Source: a virus (taxonomy: Duplodnaviria; Caudoviricetes). From it: 44,770 nucleotides of DNA. The notes beneath the pieces were generated by a model. That model searched no databases. It was not told the DNA's origin and was given only the letters and a program-made list of their open reading frames with translations. How positions within the stretch are numbered: the stretch's first letter is position 1; the number at the start of each line of letters is the position of its first letter. The position numbers and the translations under genes are program-made. The stretch spans positions 1-44,770 of the IMG/VR virus record IMGVR_UViG_3300005611_000055. One strand, 5' to 3'. Positions 9,208 through 17,984 of this stretch are shown here, piece by piece.

Positions 9208-9655
9208 AATATTCCTCTTTCCAATGCGCTAACAGAGCGGCTTCGGCCCGCCCATCATCTTTTTTTCTACTGAAACTGTCTATATTATCAGGCCACAAAC
9301 GGCTTGCCATTAGTCGCGAATCGTCTTTATCTGACGACAAACCCAACGCTTTTTTCCAACGTTGCGGAGTGACAAACACTGTGTCAAAACCTAATGTCTG
9401 AACGCAACCAATAACAATTCCATACGACGTACCAAACAAAAACGTTGACGACACACCCTGACGTGGCATCGCATGAACTTGTTCAATAACAACACAATCT
9501 GGTTCATAAATGTTGCGCCAAAAACTCAGCATGTCAGCCAGCTCAACGACATCAACTTGTTTGTCACGCCACGGCATGTCAAAAAAATCGACCACAACGC
9601 TGGTATCTACGAGAGCGCAAGCACCAGACTTTCCGGGATCAATACCGATAATCAT
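9197..9655 (-). CDS. RuvC-like Holliday junction resolvase
   Basis: IIGIDPG, VIEQV, FG.SYG, P..WKK and DGRAEA motifs. Confidence 0.88.
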   Translation of the reverse strand: MIIGIDPGKSGACALVDTSVVVDFFDMPWRDKQVDVVELADMLSFWRNIYEPDCVVIEQVHAMPRQGVSSTFLFGTSYGIVIGCVQTLGFDTVFVTPQRWKKALGLSSDKDDSRLMASRLWPDNIDSFSRKKDDGRAEAALLAHWKEEYCDD

Positions 9656-9888
9656 ATGAGCGACGCTTGAATCAGAGTTTCTTGAACTGCTTTTTTAACA
9701 AGCCGAGCAAACTCTTCCATGCCATCTGTTTCGCAAGCAAACATGATATGCACCTGTTGATCGTCGGTCGTAATAAATGTGAAAGCCAACGCTGGGATTA
9801 CTTCATCGGGTGTTGTTAATGATGCCGCACGAATCTCTACTGATGTTGCCAACGGCAATGGTTGGTCACGCAAGATTTGAGAAGTCAT
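9652..9888 (-). CDS. Hypothetical protein
   Basis: 78-aa ORF with ATGA coupling on both sides. Confidence 0.6.
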   Translation of the reverse strand: MTSQILRDQPLPLATSVEIRAASLTTPDEVIPALAFTFITTDDQQVHIMFACETDGMEEFARLVKKAVQETLIQASLI

Positions 9889-10844
9889 TTCAACCAGTTA
9901 ATTGTTCCATCGTCGTTGAAACCACCAAACTTGATCGCGCCGACATACAGTTTGGAACGAAAGTTGCGGAGCCGTTCGGGATCATTGTTGGCTTGCACAA
10001 ACACAGCACCAACAAACCGGTCGATGTCTTCTACAGGCACACCGTACTCAACGCCGTCTTCTGCTAACTGCTCAGCCAACGTATCTAGATCATCATCGGG
10101 TGGTGCTTCCAACTCTACGGCAGCAGCCTGCGGCAACGCCGCCATGCGAGCCTGACCAGAAGCTAACTCCATCGGAGTATTCAACATCGTCAACGTCGGC
10201 ACCACAAAATGACGGGTCTTACCGGCTGCTTTGTCTGATCGTTGCTCAACACCCAACATGGCAGACACCAACCCACGACCCTGATCAACGTTCGTAATCA
10301 GTTCGTACATGCCGGGAAGCTCGTGCGCAGCGTTCCAACCCTTAGTCTCTAGCCGCCACGAACCCCTGAACGCTAGTTCCGGAAGCAACACAGTCAGTCG
10401 TGTGTATGGCTGGCACTCACGCACATTTTTTGCGGTACAGATACAAGGCGAATTAATTGGTTCGGCGTTGTCTCCGCGCATCTGAACAGTTTCAACGGTG
10501 ATTCCGTCGCACCGACGCTCACAACCACCACCCGACCACTTCTCATACCACACCGATAACCCGTCCGGAGGCAACACCACCGGAATCTGATTGGCCTGAG
10601 TGATTACCTCGTACTGATCTTTGATTCGGGCACGATCATCAGTCCACGGACGAGCCGTACCACCATACATCGAAGCCAGTTTCTCAACCAGATCACGGTA
10701 CGGTGACGTAAACCGGAACGTGTCAATCGACTTCATCGCACGACCGGTCTTCACACCGATACGAATACGACCAGCCTCAGGGATACGTCGCTGCATCTGA
10801 TCTAACGGGACAACAGTGTTACGTGCCACAGCACCTCCAAACAT
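9885..10844 (-). CDS. Recombination directionality factor / gp3-like recombination protein
   Basis: GRIRIG...FRFTS, Cys cluster (RRCDG...CIC...C.P..RL) and W...T.GWNAA.EL motifs; true start may be a few codons downstream. Confidence 0.7.
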   Translation of the reverse strand: MFGGAVARNTVVPLDQMQRRIPEAGRIRIGVKTGRAMKSIDTFRFTSPYRDLVEKLASMYGGTARPWTDDRARIKDQYEVITQANQIPVVLPPDGLSVWYEKWSGGGCERRCDGITVETVQMRGDNAEPINSPCICTAKNVRECQPYTRLTVLLPELAFRGSWRLETKGWNAAHELPGMYELITNVDQGRGLVSAMLGVEQRSDKAAGKTRHFVVPTLTMLNTPMELASGQARMAALPQAAAVELEAPPDDDLDTLAEQLAEDGVEYGVPVEDIDRFVGAVFVQANNDPERLRNFRSKLYVGAIKFGGFNDDGTINWLK

Positions 10845-10859
10845 GTAAGTGACCGAAGT

Positions 10860-11039
10860 CTAGTCGTAATCACGACCCTTTTCAAGTGGCCGAAACATCG
10901 GTGTGATCCACGTCATCAACGTGTTCGCACGTTTACCCGCATACGCATCTGCCGCATCGAACGAATCAAACGGCCCGACAAACTCGTAGCCCTCGTTCAT
11001 ATTGCCGACAACAAGCACATACTTATAGTCGTCGGACAT
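10860..11039 (-). CDS. Hypothetical protein
   Basis: MSDDYKYVLVVGN...GPFDS; in early operon. Confidence 0.55.
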   Translation of the reverse strand: MSDDYKYVLVVGNMNEGYEFVGPFDSFDAADAYAGKRANTLMTWITPMFRPLEKGRDYD

Positions 11040-11046
11040 ATCAGCT

Positions 11047-11256
11047 TTACGTGAAATCGACATACCGCATCACCGTCATCAACAGATGATCATAATCACT
11101 AGACATAGCGGTACTTGTGAACAACGAAATCTCATGCTCAGGAACCTGAGCGCGACGCATCGCTTTCGTCACACGGCCGAGGATCGAAAACGCGTTGCCG
11201 TCTTCGCCCGACAGGGCGACCGTAATGTGCGGATACTTTGGGGTAATGACGCTCAT
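11047..11256 (-). CDS. Conserved phage hypothetical protein
   Basis: L.GEDGNAFSILG.V..A.R...SDYDHLL motif, recalled as widespread in phages. Confidence 0.7.
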   Translation of the reverse strand: MSVITPKYPHITVALSGEDGNAFSILGRVTKAMRRAQVPEHEISLFTSTAMSSDYDHLLMTVMRYVDFT

Positions 11257-11528
11257 TGCTTTGCCTCCTTATCAATGTAGCGACGAACCTGCCGACACCA
11301 TGACGGCAGATCAGGACTAGACCAATCAACAGTCCGCTGACCAGAGCGAACAAAAACGCGTAGATGATTATCAACTTCATTACAAACCACATGGTAAAAC
11401 TGCTCTCTGCTATGAGTGATAACTAAACCGTACTTACGGGCGGACAACGCCTGCTTCACCGCATCATGCAAATCTTCGGTGGCACGCTGCTTGTTATCGG
11501 AACCGGACAGCCACCACAAAAACGGCAT
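11253..11528 (-). CDS. Hypothetical protein
   Basis: 91-aa ORF with translational coupling. Confidence 0.55.
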   Translation of the reverse strand: MPFLWWLSGSDNKQRATEDLHDAVKQALSARKYGLVITHSREQFYHVVCNEVDNHLRVFVRSGQRTVDWSSPDLPSWCRQVRRYIDKEAKQ

Positions 11529-11686
11529 CAGTCGTCATCCGGCTCCGAAGAAATACCTAACACTTCCAGTAGCACTTCGAACTCACCGATCACAAATAGT
11601 AGCTTGGCAAAGTCTAAGTCTTCTGCTTTGCGCGCTAAGTCACCGGCGTGTCGCATACGAACAATGATGTCGTCACTCAGTTTCAT
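11528..11686 (-). CDS. Hypothetical protein, 52 aa (below the ORF-track cutoff)
   Basis: Translated by hand: MKLSDDIIVRMRHAGDLARKAEDLDFAKLLFVIGEFEVLLEVLGISSEPDDD; fills the gap with TGATG coupling. Confidence 0.55.
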   Translation of the reverse strand: MKLSDDIIVRMRHAGDLARKAEDLDFAKLLFVIGEFEVLLEVLGISSEPDDD

Positions 11687-12056
11687 TGTTTGCACGATGA
11701 ATATCCTCCAATGCTAAATAACTTTGAAAATCACGGAACACACGAATTGATTCGAACGCATTGCTGACATCACCCCACGAGTGCTCACCAACAACACAGT
11801 ACGGTGCGCCTTGTATCTGAGTCCACGTACCATCACGACCCGGATCATAAGCAATCGAAATACCTGCAACAAGTTCACCGCGAACGTATGCCATCCGGTC
11901 ATCTAACTCAGGAACGTTTTCTTCCCAATAAAACTCAGACTCAGTAGCCTCAGCAAAATACAGCACCGCTTTATCACTCATTGAAGCGACACGTTGCAGC
12001 CAATATGTCTGTGGTTTATCAACAGGAACAACAATACAAATAAAATCGGCACCCAT
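11673..12056 (-). CDS. Hypothetical protein
   Basis: 127 aa (MGADF...SWGD); GGAGG upstream. Confidence 0.65.
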   Translation of the reverse strand: MGADFICIVVPVDKPQTYWLQRVASMSDKAVLYFAEATESEFYWEENVPELDDRMAYVRGELVAGISIAYDPGRDGTWTQIQGAPYCVVGEHSWGDVSNAFESIRVFRDFQSYLALEDIHRANNETE

Positions 12057-12352
12057 CAGACCTCCGAATCAACCAAAATAGCGTTATTCTCTGCACGTTT
12101 GTAATCCAACACCAAACCGTACTCATCAAGCGTGTCCAGCAATAACGTCACCCAATTAAAACGAGCAACAACAGGACGATTACGATAAAACGACGCACCA
12201 ATGTACTCGCTACCAACCGGAGTACCTTGCATGTTTGTAATCGAATAACGAATCACACCATCTGGGTTCGGATCAGCAACAATCAGATACTCCGCTTTCT
12301 TATCATGCCTGCGAAACCACAAAGCCACAGGCGAAAAACGTTCAGTCATCAA
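12056..12352 (-). CDS. Hypothetical protein
   Basis: 98 aa with AGGAGG RBS. Confidence 0.65.
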   Translation of the reverse strand: MMTERFSPVALWFRRHDKKAEYLIVADPNPDGVIRYSITNMQGTPVGSEYIGASFYRNRPVVARFNWVTLLLDTLDEYGLVLDYKRAENNAILVDSEV

Positions 12353-12358
12353 TCCTCC

Positions 12359-12970
12359 TTAAATAGAAACGTAACTCGCAATATGATCAGCAATCGGTTG
12401 CATACTACGAACAAGCTGCAACTGCGACAGCCGCATCCCGAGCAAACCAGCGTCAATTGCACGACTTAACGTCGAATCACGGGGCGTAAACAACACACGA
12501 CTGTTGCCGTCATCATCAACAACATCGCTAAACACCCTACGAACATCCTCACGTGTCAACACATGTTGATCATCAGACACACACACAATCCAATGAGGGC
12601 TAGTACCTGACTGCATCTGAGTCTTCAACGCACGATAAGAATTGTCAATAACAGCAACCGAAATGTTTGCGGACTCAACATATCCGTCAGTAACAAGAGC
12701 CTGATTGACAACAGTGTCACGTCTACGAACAACATCCATGCCCTCAATTACTAGCCGTTCATGATCCGCATCATCAACGACAGGCACATGACCACTGTAC
12801 GTAATTAGATCGTCGAAGTCTTCGTTGCGAGGCACAACAAGCGCAGTGCGCACAACTTCATTGACAGCACGAGCAATCGCTAACGCTGCCAGCGTACGGC
12901 CATAGCCATGACGCTCTGACGTAACAGAAATATCAACAACTCGATTCATTGGTTGTTCAAGTGTTTGCAT
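12359..12970 (-). CDS. Degenerate MinD/ParA-superfamily (CpaE/Ssd-like) protein
   Basis: Eroded deviant Walker A (HGYGRTLAALAIA), SY.AL, DV..V and C-terminal D..LSRAIDAGLL; AGGAGG RBS before ATG 12970. Confidence 0.55.
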   Translation of the reverse strand: MQTLEQPMNRVVDISVTSERHGYGRTLAALAIARAVNEVVRTALVVPRNEDFDDLITYSGHVPVVDDADHERLVIEGMDVVRRRDTVVNQALVTDGYVESANISVAVIDNSYRALKTQMQSGTSPHWIVCVSDDQHVLTREDVRRVFSDVVDDDGNSRVLFTPRDSTLSRAIDAGLLGMRLSQLQLVRSMQPIADHIASYVSI

Positions 12971-12978
12971 TAATCCTC

Positions 12979-13914
12979 CTAAATAGTTAACTTTTCTGAC
13001 GTGCCATCTTGACCGCAACGCGAACGCCACGGACAATACGCACAACCCCAATACGCACCAGTATCAACAATTGAACCATCAGCACCCATCACTTGCCACG
13101 GCGCACGAGAAGCCAACGGATCAATTACCTCAGCACCAGCCGGATACTCAGGATCATCCAACCGGCGACGAACCAACACACCCTGCTCAATGGCATCCTC
13201 AACACGACGCACACGGGCCGCCTCAGCCTCAATAAAGGGCATCAACTCATCCAACGAGTAATGCCATTCAGCAGCAAACCGGCCAGCCTCAGAATCCGAA
13301 TACGCCTCGGCTAACTGCGGAGACAACGGCTCCAACGACAACAACGCAATCACAATCTTGTCGATACCCAAAGCCGCAGCCAGAATCGCAGCCTGCACCA
13401 GATACCCGAACCGTGGACCCTCAGGCTTACCTTTAAACGACGAAGCCATCATCTTAAACGAGAACCCGCCAGTCGTTTTCAACTCAACCAGAACACGCTC
13501 ACCGTTGTGAGACATCACAAGATCAGCATGACCTGAACCGTTAATACCAATCGTCGATAAATCAACAGTCGGCTCAGCTTCAGCATCAGGAAACAGGCCA
13601 GTCACCACATCCTGCAACCGGTCATGCACCATATTGCCAAGACCCATCGTCCAAGCAGACGCAATTGTCACCGGCTCCGACTCGGGCACCTTCGCCATCG
13701 CATACTGCAACGCACGAGCACAACGCTTCGACGCAAACGACGCACGATACGGACGCTCCGGCATCGCCGCCGCATACTCCATCTCACCACGCCGCTGATG
13801 ATCAGCAAACCACGCCTCAGCTAACTGCACCGCCACAAAATTATTCTTCGACGGCGGAAAACCATCCTCCCCCTTGCTACGGGGAAGACTTTGAATATCA
13901 CCATGAATGGGCAT
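12979..13914 (-). CDS. Cas4/RecB-like PD-(D/E)XK exonuclease
   Basis: S..C.R..Y, G..VH..LQ, GHAD, ELKT, Q motif and C-terminal CxxC...C Fe-S cysteines; AGGAGG RBS. Confidence 0.85.
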   Translation of the reverse strand: MPIHGDIQSLPRSKGEDGFPPSKNNFVAVQLAEAWFADHQRRGEMEYAAAMPERPYRASFASKRCARALQYAMAKVPESEPVTIASAWTMGLGNMVHDRLQDVVTGLFPDAEAEPTVDLSTIGINGSGHADLVMSHNGERVLVELKTTGGFSFKMMASSFKGKPEGPRFGYLVQAAILAAALGIDKIVIALLSLEPLSPQLAEAYSDSEAGRFAAEWHYSLDELMPFIEAEAARVRRVEDAIEQGVLVRRRLDDPEYPAGAEVIDPLASRAPWQVMGADGSIVDTGAYWGCAYCPWRSRCGQDGTSEKLTI

Positions 13915-13941
13915 ATAACCTCCTACTTACGTACGTGCGTG

Positions 13942-13947
13942 TATACT
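13942..13947 (+). promoter_or_regulatory. -10 box TATACT of a leaderless promoter
   Basis: TATACT lies 7 nt before ATG 13955, with no SD sequence. Confidence 0.55.
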
Positions 13948-13954
13948 ACCCCGC

Positions 13955-14404
13955 ATGAACAACCGAATGGAAAACATTGACCACAAAATCCTAGAAACTA
14001 TTGACGAACTCAGATTAGAACACCACGCCTGCACCGCACGCGGCATCGCACAAAAGCTCCGCATGTCAGCAGACATGGTGCGCTACCGAGTAGACCTCAT
14101 GCGCAAAGCAGGCCTCGTCAAATGGACACCAATGCCCGGATCACTTGTCCGGTTAGACGAACACTCGTTAAAGAAACAACTGTTCGAACAGCGCATCATT
14201 CAACACGTGCTCGCAAACCAAGACAACGAACCATACAAACAGATGCTTAACGGTCTAATGGCTGAGGTGTTTGGCCTATCGTCCACTGAGTCACCTGAAG
14301 ACGAGGCACCTGCTGAACCGACACCCCGTCCGGTGGCGAAGAAACCGGCCAAGAAGGGTACTCCATCCAAGCGTTCTCGTCCTCGTCCACAAGAACATAA
14401 CTAA
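13955..14404 (+). CDS. Winged-HTH DNA-binding protein with basic tail (candidate regulator)
   Basis: IDHKIL...TARGIAQKLRMS...VRYRVDLMRKAGLV wHTH pattern; PVAKKPAKK tail. Confidence 0.7.
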   Translation: MNNRMENIDHKILETIDELRLEHHACTARGIAQKLRMSADMVRYRVDLMRKAGLVKWTPMPGSLVRLDEHSLKKQLFEQRIIQHVLANQDNEPYKQMLNGLMAEVFGLSSTESPEDEAPAEPTPRPVAKKPAKKGTPSKRSRPRPQEHN

Positions 14405-14573
14405 CATCATCAATGTGGACATGCAGGTGACGATTGTGCTGCATGATCTTTGCTGACCGACGGTACCGGTGCACACCAACCAGTTGCGCTTTGCTGTAAT
14501 CAGTAAGCATCACTGTCGGTCGTGACTTAGCAAGACCACACCACCATTGAAAATCGTACAACGTTTCAGGCAT
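14247..14573 (-). CDS. Hypothetical protein overlapping the 3' end of the HTH gene in antisense
   Basis: ATG 14573 is coupled to the upstream stop; the frame stays open to 14247. Confidence 0.4.
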   Translation of the reverse strand: MPETLYDFQWWCGLAKSRPTVMLTDYSKAQLVGVHRYRRSAKIMQHNRHLHVHIDDVSYVLVDEDENAWMEYPSWPVSSPPDGVSVQQVPRLQVTQWTIGQTPQPLDR

Positions 14574-14772
14574 CGTGCATCCTGTCCGGCTCACACTCAT
14601 CGCACACACACGACATTAAATGCCAACCCTCATCATCTTGTTCCGGCACGTAACGGGCCAGATCAGACGTAACCGCAACCGAACCCGGAAACGCCTCATA
14701 CAACATAGCAATAATGCTCGTAGTATCTACTTGGATACGTTCGCCATCAGCTTTCAAGCGGGTGTTCTGCAT
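14566..14772 (-). CDS. Hypothetical protein
   Basis: 68 aa, GGAGG upstream, C-terminal CxCxxC. Confidence 0.6.
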   Translation of the reverse strand: MQNTRLKADGERIQVDTTSIIAMLYEAFPGSVAVTSDLARYVPEQDDEGWHLMSCVCDECEPDRMHDA

Positions 14773-14989
14773 CTTCCGCCACCTCCACCATATTCATAAT
14801 GCTGTTCATCAACTGGTACTGCGACCCGTTCAACACGTAATCCATCACAGCAAGCGCAACAAGAAACTCCTTCTTATTGACAGTAAAGTCCTCGTCTTCT
14901 TGCCATGCGTTCGCTTTGTTATAAAACTGAAACGTACTAATCAGTCGCTGGTTCAAACGACGCAACTCAGTAAACGGCGGACGCTTCAC
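14747..14989 (-). CDS. Hypothetical protein
   Basis: GTG start at 14989 with GGAGG RBS and GTGA coupling. Confidence 0.6.
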   Translation of the reverse strand: MKRPPFTELRRLNQRLISTFQFYNKANAWQEDEDFTVNKKEFLVALAVMDYVLNGSQYQLMNSIMNMVEVAEDAEHPLES

Positions 14990-15147
14990 GACGCGTCCTC
15001 CACAACAACAGACTTGATGACATGCCACGACAACAAACTGTCATCACGGCCACGCATCTCCGACAAACCAGCATCAATCAGACGACCAGCATGATCCCCA
15101 TGACAATCATCATCTAACTGAATTGACATATGAACATGAACTCTCAT
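14986..15147 (-). CDS. Hypothetical protein, 53 aa
   Basis: Translated by hand: MRVHVHMSIQLDDDCHGDHAGRLIDAGL...; coupled on both sides. Confidence 0.5.
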   Translation of the reverse strand: MRVHVHMSIQLDDDCHGDHAGRLIDAGLSEMRGRDDSLLSWHVIKSVVVEDAS

Positions 15148-15221
15148 AATCCTGCCTTTACAATCTTGACAATCACCAGCGCAAGACCAGCAATCGAAAT
15201 GGTTTGAATCAGATCAATCAT
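15144..15221 (-). CDS. 25-aa membrane peptide
   Basis: MIDLIQTISIAGLALVIVKIVKAGL; ATGA-coupled to the DUF932 stop. Confidence 0.4.
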   Translation of the reverse strand: MIDLIQTISIAGLALVIVKIVKAGL

Positions 15222-16225
15222 GCGTTGCACACCTCACGCGCAATCTGAATTGCCTTAGCCTTCAACGGCTCCGGCTTCAGCACAGTACGACCAAGCAGCG
15301 TGTCGCTATTCCGATAGCCACGCGCATAATCCAAATACTCAATAGCAGTATTGACTAGACCGAGCGCCGTGTCATGCGCAGCACCATTCTGCTCGCTGTT
15401 ATACAACTGGCGGAACGTGGCACGAGCGTTGTCGATGTTGTTCATTACCCTGTCAGACACAATGCCAGCAGGCGGAGCCGGAATGAACTCCGAAATAAAC
15501 GCATGATAACTATGAAAATCAACACGCATACCTAACAGATCGTTAGCAGCATCAACCCACTTGTCAGCCTCGGTGCGCATACCACTGATCGCACGCTTCG
15601 CTTCATCAATACGTTCCTGCACGCCGCCTTTGTGACGGAACTCCCAATACTGGCCGTGCCGCTGACTATCCATATAGGCAGCCTGAATCGTGTTCCAACA
15701 CACAATACGAACCTGCGTCGCCATTGCACGCATCGCCGCCTTACCGTTATGCGAATTGACAACACCGATATACGGCAACGACGGACTGTCATCGTTCGGC
15801 AGATAGTACGGCTCGTCAAGATAGGCAAGCGCCCACACCTGTTCGCCGCCCTTAACCGAACCAGCAGTCTCAATCTTCAACCCTTGATCAACAAGAGCCT
15901 CCAACACTTCAAACATCTGCTGATTCTTGATCGGAACATAACGATCCGACACACCATGACCAATCACCTGACGGTTATCGGAACGCTGAATCAGCCGAGC
16001 ATTTGGAACCTCAACAAAATCCTCACGCTCAACAAGCTCACCATCCGGACCAACACCAACAGGCATCGACTGACGCTGAAACACCGGAACCAACTCAGGT
16101 TCCCACGTCAGCCCCGCAATCTCACGGGCCTCCATAATGGAACCCGGAAAATCATCAAGCACAGTACCCAAACCATGCCAAGCAGGCTCACGAACAGTAA
16201 ACCCAGTATCAAAATAAGCAGGCAT
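15218..16225 (-). CDS. DUF932 family (phage/plasmid-like) protein
   Basis: REPAWHGLG, ETAGS..GG..VW, NSH.G and R.VC.NT motifs; GGAGG RBS. Confidence 0.88.
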   Translation of the reverse strand: MPAYFDTGFTVREPAWHGLGTVLDDFPGSIMEAREIAGLTWEPELVPVFQRQSMPVGVGPDGELVEREDFVEVPNARLIQRSDNRQVIGHGVSDRYVPIKNQQMFEVLEALVDQGLKIETAGSVKGGEQVWALAYLDEPYYLPNDDSPSLPYIGVVNSHNGKAAMRAMATQVRIVCWNTIQAAYMDSQRHGQYWEFRHKGGVQERIDEAKRAISGMRTEADKWVDAANDLLGMRVDFHSYHAFISEFIPAPPAGIVSDRVMNNIDNARATFRQLYNSEQNGAAHDTALGLVNTAIEYLDYARGYRNSDTLLGRTVLKPEPLKAKAIQIAREVCNA

Positions 16226-16254
16226 ATTACCTCCAATACCGTCTAGAAATATGA

Positions 16255-16291
16255 GAGCCGGAGTGGGCGACGGTTACACCCACCCCGGCTC
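16255..16291 (-). terminator. Intergenic stem-loop (terminator or processing signal)
   Basis: GAGCCGGGGTGGG / CCCACTCCGGCTC 13-bp stem on the - strand, followed by TCATATTT. Confidence 0.55.
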
Positions 16292-16350
16292 AACTAACTA
16301 TTGCCACGTTGACAACCCGCTCCCAACGAATACGTGACAACAGTCAGAAC

Positions 16351-16938
16351 TCAACTCTCGTCAGGATCAAACGACTGCGAAATAGCCCGCACAGCAGGCA
16401 TCACAGCCTCAATGTTCGTCTTCATATCCTGAGCACGCTGCTGCATATCAGCAATAGAGAACGTGTTCGTCGTTACTGTCGGAGTAACAACAACAATTTC
16501 GCTGTCATCCTCAGTCACACCCAGTTCCTTATCCAAATAGCCAGCATCACGCTGCTCCTGCGCTTTATTTGCTGCAACAAGATTCAGCCACGTCCGAATA
16601 AACAACGCAGCATACGCCTCATTAAACGCTCGGCTCTGCTTCTTATACGGATTAAAACGACCCGGAGAAAACGAAGCCGTCGGAGCAGCAACTTCACACG
16701 CATCAAAGATTTCAAACGCAAACACCTGAAACTCAGCCGGAATAGCAAAATCAAACACATCAGACAGCGCAGCCAACTGACCGGCCAGATACCACTCAGC
16801 GTGCTTCCGATCAATCGGACGCAGATTCGGACTCTTAGCCAAAGCAACAGCCGCACCAATCTGCTCAGCCATCTTCAGCTTCATCACATCATCCGTCAAC
16901 GGACGGGTATACAACACAAAATCATTAGTCATCATCAT
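16351..16938 (-). CDS. Hypothetical protein
   Basis: 195-aa ORF, GGAGG RBS. Confidence 0.7.
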   Translation of the reverse strand: MMMTNDFVLYTRPLTDDVMKLKMAEQIGAAVALAKSPNLRPIDRKHAEWYLAGQLAALSDVFDFAIPAEFQVFAFEIFDACEVAAPTASFSPGRFNPYKKQSRAFNEAYAALFIRTWLNLVAANKAQEQRDAGYLDKELGVTEDDSEIVVVTPTVTTNTFSIADMQQRAQDMKTNIEAVMPAVRAISQSFDPDES

Positions 16939-17218
16939 CCTCCATAGGATTATCTAACTCAAACATGAGGCCGTCATGCCGCAAATCTTTAGCAAGACGA
17001 CGAACGGTCACAGCTAACGCGTGACAAAGGTCTGCCGGTATATGAAACGTGAACGTAAACTCCACGCCTGTTTCTTCATGCACCGACTTCAGCAACAACG
17101 TAGGCTCCGCATCCTGTACCGGCGACATATGATCACCAACTAAAGCCAACGCAAAATCGTCAACAAAATACGCGACAGCGGAATCATCCAACTGTTGTTG
17201 CCACTGTTCAGGGGTCAT
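16925..17218 (-). CDS. Hypothetical protein
   Basis: MTPEQWQQQ... with AGGAGGA RBS. Confidence 0.65.
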   Translation of the reverse strand: MTPEQWQQQLDDSAVAYFVDDFALALVGDHMSPVQDAEPTLLLKSVHEETGVEFTFTFHIPADLCHALAVTVRRLAKDLRHDGLMFELDNPMEDDDD

Positions 17219-17239
17219 AGTCCTCCTATCTATGCCCAA

Positions 17240-17284
17240 GACACGAGTGGTGCAGAAGGGGGGACAACTTGCACCACCCGTGTC
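17240..17284 (-). terminator. Stem-loop downstream of ssb
   Basis: GACACGGGTGGTGCA / TGCACCACTCGTGTC 15-bp stem on the - strand; weak U tract. Confidence 0.5.
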
Positions 17285-17344
17285 TCAGACGATTGAGGAT
17301 ACCTAGACCGGTATCAAAACACAACGCTTACCGTGTCAATGTTG

Positions 17345-17770
17345 TCAGAACGGCTCACCGTGGACAGCATCAACATCGTCAGCGCCCACCGACGCAGGAA
17401 CCAAGTCCCGGCCAGCAGTCTTATCAGGCCGCGCCACAGCCCACCGCAGGCTGACCGCAACCTCATCGGCAACAAGCTCCGTGAAATACTGACGGACACC
17501 GTTATCGGGCGTGTACTCCCGAGTCTGCAAACGACCCGAAACCACAATCCGATCACCCTTGCTGACCGAAGCAGCAACATGCTCAGCCATCGCATCCCAC
17601 GCAACAAAATTCAGGTACGTAGTACGCTCCGACCAGTCATTGCCGATACGAACCGGCTCATTGACTGCGATACGACCATTCACAACAGGCTTGTTGGACG
17701 TGTTGGTGTATCGAAGCTTGACATCATCGACAAGGTTGCCGATCATGACCATGCTGTTATTGGTACTCAT
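17345..17770 (-). CDS. ssb: Single-stranded DNA-binding protein
   Basis: GNL..D..LRYT, W...AE...KGD.I.V.GRL.TR motifs; acidic tail ending EPF. Confidence 0.95.
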   Translation of the reverse strand: MSTNNSMVMIGNLVDDVKLRYTNTSNKPVVNGRIAVNEPVRIGNDWSERTTYLNFVAWDAMAEHVAASVSKGDRIVVSGRLQTREYTPDNGVRQYFTELVADEVAVSLRWAVARPDKTAGRDLVPASVGADDVDAVHGEPF

Positions 17771-17831
17771 ATAATTATCTCCTCTACTAAGGCAACATAA
17801 CTGTTGCTAACTGTCCCTCGGAATGAGGGAG

Positions 17832-17904
17832 TGCGCTCGGAAGGGATCGAACCTTCGACCATCAGATTAAAAGTCTGTTGCTCTACCAACTGAGCTACAA
17901 GCGC
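17832..17904 (-). tRNA. tRNA-Lys(UUU), CCA not encoded
   Basis: GCGCTTG/CGAGCGC acceptor, AGCTCAGTTGGTAGAGC D arm, CTTTTAA anticodon loop, GGTTCGATCC T loop. Confidence 0.95.
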
Positions 17905-17908
17905 ATAA

Positions 17909-17984
17909 CCGTGAACTCACACAAAAGTATGATTTGACAGGAACCGACCCGGTTTGCTGTCGTAGGCACGTCTGCCATTCACGG
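17909..17984 (-). ncRNA. Candidate tRNA-sized four-way-junction RNA
   Basis: 7-bp closing stem CCGTGAA/TTCACGG enclosing three hairpins; lies between two tRNAs. Confidence 0.4.

Noticed and set aside
12979-13914. CRISPR-Cas system around the Cas4-like gene
   Set aside because: No repeat-spacer array or other cas genes were seen; solo Cas4/RecB-like nucleases are common in phage recombination modules.
15632-16947. Long + strand ORFs of 204 and 212 aa
   Set aside because: Antisense shadows of DUF932 and its neighbour, with I/R/H/N-rich composition caused by strand skew.
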